A stretch of 63,885 nt of DNA, counting the filler, from Candidatus Nanoarchaeia archaeon (GTDB taxonomy: Archaea; Nanobdellota; Nanobdellia; Woesearchaeales; DATDTY01): assembly GCA_035290625.1 (NCBI GenBank). It is 5 parts of 4 records of this genome, joined end to end, with 100 filler letters (N's around TTAATTAATTAA, not from the genome) between each part and the next. Parts side by side here need not be neighbours in the genome. Positions count along the whole stretch, not along the records: positions 1 to 20,766 come from DATDTY010000045.1; 4 more parts are not named here. One strand, given 5' to 3'. Below are positions 1 to 9,843 of the stretch, piece after piece; within the stretch, counting starts at the first letter, position 1, and each line of letters opens with the position of its first letter. Made by a program: the position numbers and the translations under genes. The notes under the pieces were generated by a model. The model ran no database searches and was not told the DNA's origin. It saw only the letters and a list, made by a program, of their open reading frames with translations.

Positions 1-140
1 TCGCTCGGCAGCGCCAGGTTCGCCATGCGCAAGTCAGGCAGAATAGCGACATTCTCCGAGGGAGGCGACCCTCTTGTCGCTGTGCCGCCGCTCCGTTATA
101 ATGGCTTACAAGAGGGCGCTGCATGACTTTTCAATGCCAC
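1..140. repeat. Structured ~161-bp repeat family, copy A (5' end cut by window edge)
   Basis: Collinear with 26164-26326. Stems GCAGCGCC/GGCGCTGC, GCCAT/ATGGC and AGCGACA/TGTCGCT; ends in TIR CTTTTCAATGCCAC. Confidence 0.92.
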
Positions 141-148
141 CAAACATA

Positions 149-163
149 CGAAAGTTTATAAAA
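149..163 (+). promoter_or_regulatory. Archaeal BRE/TATA promoter (CGAAAG-TTTATAAA)
   Basis: About 22 nt upstream of ATG 186. Similar motifs precede other genes (e.g. near 26335, 54521, 57139, 60616). Confidence 0.65.
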
Positions 164-185
164 GAGCGCAGATGTCTCATTTTTG

Positions 186-389
186 ATGAGATTTGAAGGG
201 AATCCCCAAGCAGAGAAGCTGGGGTTCGTAGCAGGCTTCCTTGCAAGTTATGCAGCTATGACGGGGATACTCTACGCAGTCCTATCCTTAGGGAACAAGC
301 TGCCGGATGCCTGGTCTTTTTTTTTTGTCATGCTTATCACAGCCACTGTCATCGGAGCAGGCAAAGGAATCCAATATATACTTAGGTAA
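186..389 (+). CDS. Small two-TM membrane protein
   Basis: Two hydrophobic helices; TATA box upstream; first gene of the carbamoyltransferase cluster. Confidence 0.65.
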   Translation: MRFEGNPQAEKLGFVAGFLASYAAMTGILYAVLSLGNKLPDAWSFFFVMLITATVIGAGKGIQYILR

Positions 390-462
390 ATACAGCCAGC
401 GAAATGGAGCGAAACGCAACAACAGCGCAAAGCAATGAATAAAGAAAACAGCGAAGCGAATC

Positions 463-708
463 ATGGCTCTAAATCGGTTTTTCCATGGGTTTAGGAGGGG
501 TTTAAAGGAGACGGGCTCCGCAATTATCTCTATTATCAATTCGGTATTACTTACTGTAGTTTATCTTCTTGGTGTTGGTTTGCCATCCCTTGCCGCAAGA
601 GTATTCAAAAAGGAATTTCTTGAAACAAAAACAGGCCAAACATCAACCTACTGGTCAGAACTCAACCTCAGAAAGAACCCCATAGAAAAATACGCAAGGC
701 AGTTTTAA
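463..708 (+). CDS. SxtJ-like small membrane protein
   Basis: One TM segment, then STYW and a C-terminal YARQF, resembling SxtJ-type proteins that accompany carbamoyltransferases; 1 nt before next ATG. Confidence 0.6.
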   Translation: MALNRFFHGFRRGLKETGSAIISIINSVLLTVVYLLGVGLPSLAARVFKKEFLETKTGQTSTYWSELNLRKNPIEKYARQF

Positions 709-709
709 A

Positions 710-2470
710 ATGTACATTCTCGGAATAAGCTGTTACTATCACGACGCATCAGCAGCGCTCCTGAAAGACGGAGCTATTATAGCTGCAGCAGAAGAGGAGC
801 GGTTCACAAGGAAAAAGCACGACACTTCTTTCCCAATCAATGCAATCACGTACTGCCTGAAACAAGAAAACATATCAGTCAACGACATAAGCTACATCGG
901 ATTTTATGAAAAACCGTTCCTAAAATTTGAGCGAGTCCTCCACCAGCACTTACAGGGATTCCCATGGAGTTTTAAGACATTTCTTGCCTCAATGCCGTCT
1001 TGGATCAATGAAAAGCTTCGTGTACCAAAGACTGTCAGGAAAAAGCTTAAATACCACGGTCCCATACTGTTCATCGAGCACCATCTTGCGCACGCTGCAA
1101 GCTCATTCTTAGTAAGCCCATTCGCAAAAGCAGCGGTTCTTACAGTAGACGGAGTCGGCGAATGGACCACGACTGCATATGGCATTGCAGAAGGAAATGA
1201 TATTACCCTCCTTAAGGAGATTAAATTCCCCAGCTCCCTTGGCCTGCTCTACTCAACCATCACAGCCTATCTTGGGTTCAGCGTCAATAATTCTGAATAC
1301 AAGGTCATGGGCCTTTCTCCCTATGGAACGATGGACAGGAAAAATAATCCCTACTATGGAAAGCTCAGAAAAGTCATTGATATCAAGGGAGACGGAAGCT
1401 TTAGGTTTGACATGAGCTACTTCACATACCATTATGCAGACAGGATGCCTTCCAGGAAGCTTTGCGCTCTTCTTGATGGCCAGATCCGGAAGAAAGAGTC
1501 TGAAATAACACAGCGCCATAAGGATATAGCGGCGGCTCTTCAAATGCTCTTGGAAGACATTATGACAAAAATGCTCAATCACCTCCACCAGGAAACAAAA
1601 TGCGACAGCCTTGTTCTTGGAGGAGGAGTTGCATTAAACAGCGTCTACAATGGAAAAATTCTTCGAAATACCCCTTTCAAGCATATCTGGATACAGCCAA
1701 ACGCATCAGATGGAGGGACAAGCATCGGTGCTGCTTCGTATATTTATCATACCCTGCTCGGGAATGAGAGAACGTATGTTCTCAAAGACGCATACCTCGG
1801 TCCAGGGTTTTCAGCATCCGATATTAAGGAATTCCTTCAGGAAAACAAAATCAGGTATCATGAGCTCAAGGACAGAAACGAAATCATAGAAAAGACCGCG
1901 AAGCTCATTCATGACAATCGTGTCGTTGGTTGGTTTCAGGGAAGGATGGAATGGGGACCAAGGGCCCTAGGCGCAAGATCCATCCTCTCAAACGCCCTTA
2001 ACCCCAAGATGCAGGAAATACTCAATCTCAAGGTTAAGCACAGGGAGAGATTCAGACCCTTTGCCCCGGTTGTCTGCGAAGATGACGCTTTGAAATATTT
2101 TGAATGTGACTCGCCGATACCAGAGCCAACAGATTTCATGCTGATGGTGTATCCTGTCAAAAAGCAATGGGCACCGAAAATCCCTGCAGTGACGCACGTC
2201 GATGGCTCGGGCCGCCTGCAGACCATCCGACGCCATCAAAACCCACTTTATTATGATCTCATCAAGGTGTTTGGCAGGATCGCGGGGATTCCCATCCTCA
2301 TCAATACCTCATTCAACATCCGGGGAGAGCCAGTTGTCTGCACACCCTATGACGCGTACAAGTGCATGATGGGAACAGGAATCGATGATCTCATCATCGG
2401 TAATTTTCTGATCAGGAGAAGCGAGAACCCGAAAGACATATGGAACAGCGAGGAGTACGCAAATGATTAG
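710..2470 (+). CDS. O-carbamoyltransferase (NodU/CmcH family)
   Basis: YYHDASA, EEERFTRKKH, HHLAHAAS, DGVGE, EYKVMGL, GGVALN, EWGPRALGARS, FRPFAP, HVDGSGR, NTSFN. Confidence 0.96.
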   Translation: MYILGISCYYHDASAALLKDGAIIAAAEEERFTRKKHDTSFPINAITYCLKQENISVNDISYIGFYEKPFLKFERVLHQHLQGFPWSFKTFLASMPSWINEKLRVPKTVRKKLKYHGPILFIEHHLAHAASSFLVSPFAKAAVLTVDGVGEWTTTAYGIAEGNDITLLKEIKFPSSLGLLYSTITAYLGFSVNNSEYKVMGLSPYGTMDRKNNPYYGKLRKVIDIKGDGSFRFDMSYFTYHYADRMPSRKLCALLDGQIRKKESEITQRHKDIAAALQMLLEDIMTKMLNHLHQETKCDSLVLGGGVALNSVYNGKILRNTPFKHIWIQPNASDGGTSIGAASYIYHTLLGNERTYVLKDAYLGPGFSASDIKEFLQENKIRYHELKDRNEIIEKTAKLIHDNRVVGWFQGRMEWGPRALGARSILSNALNPKMQEILNLKVKHRERFRPFAPVVCEDDALKYFECDSPIPEPTDFMLMVYPVKKQWAPKIPAVTHVDGSGRLQTIRRHQNPLYYDLIKVFGRIAGIPILINTSFNIRGEPVVCTPYDAYKCMMGTGIDDLIIGNFLIRRSENPKDIWNSEEYAND

Positions 2471-3575
2471 AGGAGATATCAATAAGAAAAAAAGCTTTCT
2501 CCTCAATATAATCATACTTATCGTAACAATAAGCTTCCTTCTGATAATTTCTGAGGTTGCATTAAGGGCTATTGTTCCCTATTCATCCCTCTTCAAGTAT
2601 TCTAAAGATTTAGAATATGAAATGAGACCCAACAAACATATAAAATTTAATACATTCGAATTCAAAACAGACGTTCAAACAAACTCTATAGGTTTACGCG
2701 ATAAAGAATATGGTGAAAAAGATGAAGATACTTTCAGAATACTGGGATTAGGGGATTCATTTGCCTTTGGGCAAGGAGTTCAATTAAATGGAACATTCCT
2801 TAAATTGCTAGAGGAAAAACTGAACAAAGATGATGATAGGATGCAATTCGAGGTGATTAATGCCGGAGTTCCAGGTTATGACACAAAAAGGGAACTCGAA
2901 TATCTTCAGAAAAAAGGTAAGGATTTAAGTCCAGATCTTATACTATTGACCTTTGTATTGAATGATCCCTTAAGTAACTCGGGAGTATTTTACTACACAG
3001 CCATCCCTAACAATGCACTGAGATATCTGCCCTTCCATTCATTTGGTTTCCTCGCCACAAGATTCAAGAATCTCAGGTATTCTCTAAACAAATTTGGGCT
3101 TAATGTAACCTCTTCATATAAGAGTTATTGCAATAATGAAACCTCCACAAAATGGGGGACTATCCTTATGATGAAAAATCCTCCTGAATTCGTGGATCAA
3201 GCATGGAATAAAACCTATGCTATGCTGAGGAACGTCTCCATTCTGGCCAGGCGAAGCAATAGTAACTTTGTCATAGTTCTTTTGCCATTAAAACAGCACG
3301 TATTTCCAGATACAGCCGATGCCTGCTTAAAGATTAGTGACTATGATTTTGATATCCCTTCAAAAATTCTTAAAAAGTTCTCCCAGGAACATAATGTACA
3401 ATTTATAGACCTCACTCCTGAATTCAAGAAATTTGAGATAACACAAATATATCTCAAAGTGGACAACCACCTTACCAGGGAAGGGCATAGAATCGTTGCC
3501 GACTATATCTACAAAAATTTAATAAATGGCCATCATCTGGTAAGAATACCCAATGCAGTTCCTCTGCAAACGTAA
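2463..3575 (+). CDS. Membrane-anchored SGNH/GDSL hydrolase (possible O-acyl transfer component)
   Basis: N-terminal TM; LGDSFAFG, NAGVPG, LND and DNH blocks. Confidence 0.88.
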   Translation: MIRGDINKKKSFLLNIIILIVTISFLLIISEVALRAIVPYSSLFKYSKDLEYEMRPNKHIKFNTFEFKTDVQTNSIGLRDKEYGEKDEDTFRILGLGDSFAFGQGVQLNGTFLKLLEEKLNKDDDRMQFEVINAGVPGYDTKRELEYLQKKGKDLSPDLILLTFVLNDPLSNSGVFYYTAIPNNALRYLPFHSFGFLATRFKNLRYSLNKFGLNVTSSYKSYCNNETSTKWGTILMMKNPPEFVDQAWNKTYAMLRNVSILARRSNSNFVIVLLPLKQHVFPDTADACLKISDYDFDIPSKILKKFSQEHNVQFIDLTPEFKKFEITQIYLKVDNHLTREGHRIVADYIYKNLINGHHLVRIPNAVPLQT

Positions 3576-3742
3576 ACATTCAGTCATATAGCTCATAGGA
3601 GGGCAATTTTATATCAACACCTTCAGAATTCTAATTAATTCCAATTGATAGATGCCTCTGCGTGCATAATACGACTGAATAATCCAAGCCTTGACTGCAA
3701 GAACGAAGTGAACGGCTCAAATTGATGATTAATCTATTCCCA

Positions 3743-4882
3743 TCATATAAAACATTCCGCAGATACCTCTTTCCCTTGCAAGATATCATGATAATATATC
3801 ATTGCTTGTAGTGCAAACATAGAAACCCACGCATTAATATGAGGGACTTCTGTTCCACCCTCAATAAATCCATATCTGAACCCGCCTTTTTGCCTACTGT
3901 CATCCAAAACCTGAAATCTGAAAAGCCTATCAAATGCCTTTTTGATCTTTTCTCCCCTCTGGCCACAAAGAAGAGCGAGCCTCATAATTTGAGCCAGGAT
4001 ATCCATCCTCTCTATATTGACGAATCCGCCGTCTTTATACGCGCTTGGAAACCCGCCATTTGCCAGTTGGCTGGATAACGACCAAAGCATACCCTTTCTT
4101 GCCGCTTGCACATATTTCGGTTCTTTTAAGGATATTCCTGCATATAAGAGTCCTTCACAAGCATAGCAATGAGGATGCTGGTTCGTGCTTCCATCAGATG
4201 CGTTTGTAATAAACCTGCCGTCCTCTCCCTGCTGTGACAAACTCCAGTCGCACAATCGTATTGCAGACTCTTTATATAACCTCTTGCCCGTGATTCTATA
4301 CAGGTTTAATAACCCTATAGCATGCTTCGCATGAAAAGATCCTGCTTGCGTAGACCATTTCTGAAGAGTTTCAATAAACTTTCCTCTTCCTGCCTCCCAA
4401 TTTGGATGGAATGACCCATCTGATTTTTGCATGGTATTCACCAACCAATCCCCAAGCGCAATTGCCCTCTCCTTATAGATGGACGTATTATGTTTCTCAG
4501 AAAGTAATGAAAGCCCGGTTAATATCATAGAGTTATCAAAAGAACATAGATGATTAAGGAAACTCTTTTCCTCGGGGAAATATTTGCACCGATAGGCGAG
4601 CTGTGGAGAGAATATAGCCTCTTTGATTAACCATTGAGCTGCATCCTCGGCCCTCTTTATAAATACATTCTCTCCTGAGAGGTGATGGAGAAATATGAAC
4701 GCGGTAATCCCGTAGCCAGTTATTTCAGAATAGACAAAGGGATACTTTTGGTTTATAGCGTCAAACCAAGCATATAACCCTCCGAAATTAGCAGAATGAA
4801 TGTTCCTTTCCTGAATACCTGAATTTATGAACCAGTTTTTACAAAGGGCGATTCTATCTCCAAGTTCATGCGTATCTAACAT
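3743..4882 (-). CDS. (alpha/alpha)-barrel protein with prenyltransferase/squalene-cyclase-like repeats
   Basis: YSEITGY motif; repeated W(L/S)..Q..DG(S/R)F and Q..GGF units. Confidence 0.6.
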   Translation of the reverse strand: MLDTHELGDRIALCKNWFINSGIQERNIHSANFGGLYAWFDAINQKYPFVYSEITGYGITAFIFLHHLSGENVFIKRAEDAAQWLIKEAIFSPQLAYRCKYFPEEKSFLNHLCSFDNSMILTGLSLLSEKHNTSIYKERAIALGDWLVNTMQKSDGSFHPNWEAGRGKFIETLQKWSTQAGSFHAKHAIGLLNLYRITGKRLYKESAIRLCDWSLSQQGEDGRFITNASDGSTNQHPHCYACEGLLYAGISLKEPKYVQAARKGMLWSLSSQLANGGFPSAYKDGGFVNIERMDILAQIMRLALLCGQRGEKIKKAFDRLFRFQVLDDSRQKGGFRYGFIEGGTEVPHINAWVSMFALQAMIYYHDILQGKEVSAECFI

Positions 4883-5059
4883 TTTTGTACCTTCGTTAAG
4901 CTTTAATAGACTTCCGAAATATTTTGGTATTCCATCTCCACTTCAAATTTTTCTTATTGAAAATTCCCCCCCCCATTTTAGGAGACACCAGCCTGAAAAA
5001 CGCGATTAGCGGACTGGAATACTCCCTGCCAGAACTCAAGACCAGCTCAGGACACCTTA

Positions 5060-6604
5060 TTAAGCACCTTCCTCGACAGCAGGAGCCACGGATTGAGTTC
5101 TCTTCACAAGATCGGGTCGTTGCCGTAGAATCCCTCTCCTCCTGATATTCAAATGCATGAATGCTGCGATAAGATACCTCTCAAACAGCATTCCAAAAAA
5201 ATTATGCTTAATCCTAAAAAGGATAATATTGAACAGGGTCTTTGTTCCTAATTTAAGAACCCACGAGCCATATCGGTCGGGATTGAGGCAAAGGCAAAAA
5301 GAAACAGTATTGCTGATATCCTTAAGCAACTTTCTTTTTTTTATGGAGAGCCAAGGCCTCTCAGGATTCTGCCAGTCAAAGTTCCACTCCTCAAGCCGTT
5401 CAGGCAGTTTCGTCCATCCTTCACGAACGCCCAGATCAAATAATGGTGTCCCGGGATAGGGAACAAATATGTAATAGCCAACATTGGTCTTAGGATTATC
5501 CTTTTTTATCTGTGCCATGATTTTCAATGTTGCCCTAATATCCTCATCCCTCTCAAAGGGAAGCCCACCCATAAACCCAAACGTAGCATCTATCCCTGTA
5601 CCCTTTAGAACTTGGTTAGCCTTTAGAATCTGTTCTACCGTGAGATCCTTATGAAGCTTATCTAATATATACTGAGACCCAGACTCAGCCCCGACGTAAA
5701 ATGTTTTAAATCCGGCTTTTCTCAAGAGCTCAAGGTACTCCTTATCAAGCATACAAATATAGTCTGCCCGGATATCCGCATTATAAAAATCGAGGCTCAG
5801 GTTTTCTCGAATAATCAATTCACAAATTTTCTTCACTCGGTGCCTATTGATAAAGAAGAGGTCATCACGCAAATAAATCCCTGTGAGGTTGTACTGTGAA
5901 ACAAGTTTCTTAATCTGTTCTACAACCTGTTCAGCAGAAGTCGCCCTCCATTTTTGCTGATTGAATTGGAGATTGTAGCAGAACCCGCACCGAAACGTGC
6001 ACCCTCTGCTTGTCACCAGCGGCAACACTCGCTCCTCCTTGATGTTTCCTGGGTGCATAATATATTTTTCCATGTCAACAAGATGATATGCAGGCTCTGG
6101 GATCTCATTGACATTGGCAAGAGGCGCGGGGGATGTATAAAGAATGTCCCCTCCTTGCCGATACCATATCCCACTGACTTCCCTGAGTGGAGAGGCATGC
6201 TCAATTGCGTCTACAAGATTCACAAACGTTTCCTCGCCTTCTCCTACAACAATCATGTCGGGATAGCCGGATTCCATGGTCTTTTTAGGGACAAGACTGG
6301 CATGAACTCCTCCCCAAACAATCTTTGCAGAGGGGCATAGTTTTTTTGTCATTTTTGTAGCATCAACTGCACCAATTAACTGAGGTCCGGTCATAGAGGA
6401 TACGCCAACACAAAGAGGTTTCCAGTTAATCAGCTGGTCCTCAAATTCCTCTTTCCATCCTGGATTATACCTTCCCTCGATAAATCGAACCTCATGCCCC
6501 TTTTTTTCTAGCGCACTGGCAATATACAGCGTGGAAAGCGGAAGTCCCAACTCACCAAATTCCTGTTCCATAATACTAGGATACAAAAGAAGGACTCTGG
6601 CCAT
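5060..6604 (-). CDS. B12-binding-domain radical SAM protein
   Basis: N-terminal cobalamin-binding Rossmann domain (VWGGVH, GEGE); SRGCTFRCGFC; GAESGS; PYPGT. Confidence 0.92.
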   Translation of the reverse strand: MARVLLLYPSIMEQEFGELGLPLSTLYIASALEKKGHEVRFIEGRYNPGWKEEFEDQLINWKPLCVGVSSMTGPQLIGAVDATKMTKKLCPSAKIVWGGVHASLVPKKTMESGYPDMIVVGEGEETFVNLVDAIEHASPLREVSGIWYRQGGDILYTSPAPLANVNEIPEPAYHLVDMEKYIMHPGNIKEERVLPLVTSRGCTFRCGFCYNLQFNQQKWRATSAEQVVEQIKKLVSQYNLTGIYLRDDLFFINRHRVKKICELIIRENLSLDFYNADIRADYICMLDKEYLELLRKAGFKTFYVGAESGSQYILDKLHKDLTVEQILKANQVLKGTGIDATFGFMGGLPFERDEDIRATLKIMAQIKKDNPKTNVGYYIFVPYPGTPLFDLGVREGWTKLPERLEEWNFDWQNPERPWLSIKKRKLLKDISNTVSFCLCLNPDRYGSWVLKLGTKTLFNIILFRIKHNFFGMLFERYLIAAFMHLNIRRRGILRQRPDLVKRTQSVAPAVEEGA

Positions 6605-6649
6605 TCAGTAGAGTAAAAGAAAACTCTATTTAAATCTTGCTATAATGCG

Positions 6650-6810
6650 GTCGCATTGAAAAGTCATGCAATGCCCTTTGTGAGCCTTCTATTCAAAGTA
6701 CAGAACAGCGACAAAGGGGTTGCTCCATACGGGAAATGTCGCTTCCCATGAGAGTATGCGCAAGGCGAAGTCGGCATTGCCGAACGAAGTGAGCAACTTT
6801 TCAATGCCAC
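6650..6810. repeat. Structured ~161-bp repeat family, copy B (opposite orientation to A, C, D)
   Basis: TIRs GTCGCATTGAAAAGT / ACTTTTCAATGCCAC; stems GCAATGCC/GGCATTGC, GCCTT/AAGGC, AGCGACA/TGTCGCT. Confidence 0.92.
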
Positions 6811-6864
6811 CCATTTGATACTAAGTTTTATAAAATAAGCCATGATTCCCCTCTCTTATTTAAG

Positions 6865-8292
6865 ATGACAACCCTCAGCAGAAAGATTGTCCAGAACACT
6901 TCGTGGTTGTTTCTGGCGGAGGTTATAGGAAATATTTTCTCCTTTGTACTTATTGTTATTATTGCGAGGTACTTGGGGGATGCTGGCTTGGGAGTGTACT
7001 CTTTTGCATTTGCTTACGCAAACGTTTTCGTCCTTTTCACAAATTTTGGCATGACTACTTTAATGATAGGAAAACTTTCTAAGGATCTGTCAAAAGCACA
7101 GAAATACGTAAATAACATTAGCTTGTTCAAATTCGTATTAAGCGCCTTTGTCCTAGGCATTGCAATAATGGGTTCTCTATTCGTTAATGACAATAATAAT
7201 GCGGGTGCTACCATCTTAATCATACTGTTTGCGGTGTTTGTTTATTATTTTGGATTGATTTTTGCTGCATTGCTGCAATCGGCTTTCAGAATGGAATATG
7301 AAGCAATTGCTAAAATTGCCGAGAGATTTCTTGCCTTGGTTCTTGGGTGGTATTTGTTGAGCAGAGGGTTTGATGTTGTTTATTTGGCATTGGTGATTCT
7401 TGTGTCCCATGTATCCTACTTCGGGATATTGTATCTTGGATCAAAGCAGATTGTCAGGAGGATTAAGCCTGAATTTGACTTTAAGTTCTGGAAACAGGCG
7501 TTTATCGAAGGGGTTCCTTTTTGGTTTAGTATCGTCTTTATGTCCTTGTATTTCCAGATTGATATATTGATGGTTTCCTTTCTCAGAGATTATGCGATTG
7601 CTGGACAGTATGGGGCCGCAAATAAGCTTGTTGTCAGCTTCAATTTCATACCTACTGTGGTTTTGACTGTCTTATTTCCTGCAATGAGTCGACTCTTTCA
7701 TACAAATATGGGGCATTTGATCTTGTTATTTAGAAGGGCAATGAAATACCTTATTATCATTATACTCCCTATAGCATTCGGAACCACTCTATTGGCCAAG
7801 AGGATTATCCTTTTCATGTATGGTGAACAGTTCTCCTCTTCCATAATTCTGCTTAAAATATTGATTTGGGCTGAGGCGTTCTTGTTCATTGTCTATCTGC
7901 TTGGATTCCTGCTTAATGCTGCCGATATGCAGAAGAAGTTTATGTACGCAACAGGCTTAGGAATTCTCTTAAATATGATTATTAATATATTGTTAATTCC
8001 TAAGTTTGGGGCTGTTGGTGCAAGCATCGGGACTGTATCAACTGCTTTTTGCATCTTTATTATGTTAGGATATTATGTGAGGCGGTTGGGGATAAAATTA
8101 CGGTTTTTTAGAGCGTTAGCCAAGCCTTTGATCGCTTGCATGATTATGAGCATACTGATCTTTGCTTTATATGAACTACCCATTCCTGTGTTGGTTCCTT
8201 TATCATCGGTGGTTTATCTCGGAATTCTTTACTTATTCAGAGAGATTGGGAGGGAAGAACTTGATCTACTCAAGATTTTATTAAAGGATTAG
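6865..8292 (+). CDS. Oligosaccharide flippase (MOP superfamily, Wzx-like)
   Basis: Many TMs; IARYLG...G.YSFA, ID.LM, G.YGAA, LIPKFGAVGAS. Confidence 0.92.
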   Translation: MTTLSRKIVQNTSWLFLAEVIGNIFSFVLIVIIARYLGDAGLGVYSFAFAYANVFVLFTNFGMTTLMIGKLSKDLSKAQKYVNNISLFKFVLSAFVLGIAIMGSLFVNDNNNAGATILIILFAVFVYYFGLIFAALLQSAFRMEYEAIAKIAERFLALVLGWYLLSRGFDVVYLALVILVSHVSYFGILYLGSKQIVRRIKPEFDFKFWKQAFIEGVPFWFSIVFMSLYFQIDILMVSFLRDYAIAGQYGAANKLVVSFNFIPTVVLTVLFPAMSRLFHTNMGHLILLFRRAMKYLIIIILPIAFGTTLLAKRIILFMYGEQFSSSIILLKILIWAEAFLFIVYLLGFLLNAADMQKKFMYATGLGILLNMIINILLIPKFGAVGASIGTVSTAFCIFIMLGYYVRRLGIKLRFFRALAKPLIACMIMSILIFALYELPIPVLVPLSSVVYLGILYLFREIGREELDLLKILLKD

Positions 8293-8293
8293 A

Positions 8294-9016
8294 TTATTCT
8301 TGCGTATTTATTGCTGCGAGGATGAGTATGTATCCTCCTTTGTTTGTTTTGAAAAGGAAATCTGAGATACGAACCGGGTAATAGAGTAAAGGGAAGAAGA
8401 GTAATAGAAGAGGCATATTCCCTGATCTCATCCGGAGCCTTAGGATACCAGAAGAGAGGGGTGAGGTGAAGATGTATTTAGAGGATACTACCTTGAACCC
8501 GTTTCGTTCCAGTTTTTCTTTCATAGATTCTTTGGTATAGAGGCGCAGGACATGTTCCTTTCTTTGGTGCATCTTGACTGTATCAAGAGGGGTTCCTGGA
8601 TATGAGAAACTGTCTACTGATAAAATGAGCTTTCCGGATGGCTTGAGTACCCTGTTTATCTCTCTCATAGCTTTTTCGTCATTCTCGAAGTGCTGCATGG
8701 CGCATACTGAAACCACGATGTCAAAGAAATCTCTAGGATACGGCAATTTTTCTGCTTTGGCTGTTGTAAATGCGACATTAGGTTTATTGTGATATTTTCT
8801 TGCTATTTTTATTGTGTTTTCGTCTGCATCAATTCCTTTTGCCAATGCTCCTTTCTTTGCAAGTTTTTCAGTGAAGAAGCCCCCTCCACACGCTAAGTCC
8901 AGCGCATTTTTCCCTTTTAGGTTTCCTAGATGCTTATTGATTTCGCTCCATTCATACCTACGGATAAAATAGAGGTCTCCCCAGAAACGTTCATAGAGGG
9001 TTTTGAGGGATTGCAT
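8294..9016 (-). CDS. Class I SAM-dependent methyltransferase
   Basis: LDLACGGG, GID, AEKLPY...FDIV, RVLKPSG; ATG 9016 chosen over GTG 9031. Confidence 0.9.
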   Translation of the reverse strand: MQSLKTLYERFWGDLYFIRRYEWSEINKHLGNLKGKNALDLACGGGFFTEKLAKKGALAKGIDADENTIKIARKYHNKPNVAFTTAKAEKLPYPRDFFDIVVSVCAMQHFENDEKAMREINRVLKPSGKLILSVDSFSYPGTPLDTVKMHQRKEHVLRLYTKESMKEKLERNGFKVVSSKYIFTSPLSSGILRLRMRSGNMPLLLLFFPLLYYPVRISDFLFKTNKGGYILILAAINTQE

Positions 9017-9095
9017 TTTGAATAACGACACTTTAGATCCTTATATAAATTATTTGAATTCGGCAAGTATTATATATCCCCGTATTAAAAATGCT

Positions 9096-9605
9096 ATGAT
9101 GGGCAGATTGAAAGGCATACCTACAGTATCTGCGATTATTGAACGTAGACGCGGAGGGGTAACTGAGGTTCTTGTTCAAACGAGATGGAAGCCTCATGGA
9201 GATCCGACTTATTCAGGAACATTAGAGATACCTGCAGGAGCTATAGAGAGATATGAGGACGTGTATCATGCACTTAAGAGAGAAGTTTTTGAAGAAACCG
9301 GTTTACGAGTTGCTACGATTAGGCCAGAAATCAAGACTAGAAGGTTTTCTCCAAAACGAGATGCGTCTTTTGCGTTTGTTCCCTTTTGCTGCAACCAGCA
9401 AATAAAGGGCGGAAAACCGTGGATTGGCTTTGTTTTTGTATGCGAGGTCAAAGAGGGAAAATTGAAGCCGCAGAAAGACGAGGTTAAGGATGTTCTATGG
9501 ATGAAGAGATCTGACCTCAAGAAGATATTTAAGAAAAATCCTAAGAGGATTTTTACCTTTCAATTAGGTGTTTTGGAGCATTATTTTAATCGCAGAAAGG
9601 GATGA
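9096..9605 (+). CDS. NUDIX hydrolase
   Basis: Nudix box G-x5-E-x7-REVFEETG (GAIERYEDVYHALKREVFEETG). Confidence 0.9.
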   Translation: MMGRLKGIPTVSAIIERRRGGVTEVLVQTRWKPHGDPTYSGTLEIPAGAIERYEDVYHALKREVFEETGLRVATIRPEIKTRRFSPKRDASFAFVPFCCNQQIKGGKPWIGFVFVCEVKEGKLKPQKDEVKDVLWMKRSDLKKIFKKNPKRIFTFQLGVLEHYFNRRKG

Positions 9606-9659
9606 GGGGGGTTTCTACTGCTTTCTTATACAAAATGAGGGCTCCTCGCCCTAAATCTA

Positions 9660-9793
9660 ACACGGGCTATTTTCCTCGCTTGATAGGTTGTCCAGCCATC
9701 ATTCTTGCGCCTTATGGTCTCCATAAGCTTCCCTCTGGTGAGTTTCATGCTCCAATGTAACTCACCGTAGGGAAATAGTTTCGGGATAATACA
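9660..9793 (-). pseudogene. Probable left-end remnant of an IS481-like element (5' fragment of transposase)
   Basis: Minus strand starts TGTATTATCCCGAAAC (TGT terminus), then short ORF MKLTRGKLMETIRRKNDGWTTYQARKIA resembling a transposase HTH N-terminus; family assignment from recall only. Confidence 0.45.
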
Positions 9794-9843
9794 GTTGCCC
9801 TTTTTACCCAAACATTTAAAAGACATACACTGATTCTCCGACT

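Noticed and set aside
86..170. Partial similarity of repeat variable arms to flanking DNA (TATAACGGAGCG vs TATAAAAGAGCG; in copy B CTATTCAAAG vs CTATTTAAAT)
   Set aside because: Short, AT-rich TATA-like matches not found consistently in all copies; insufficient to claim self-targeting.
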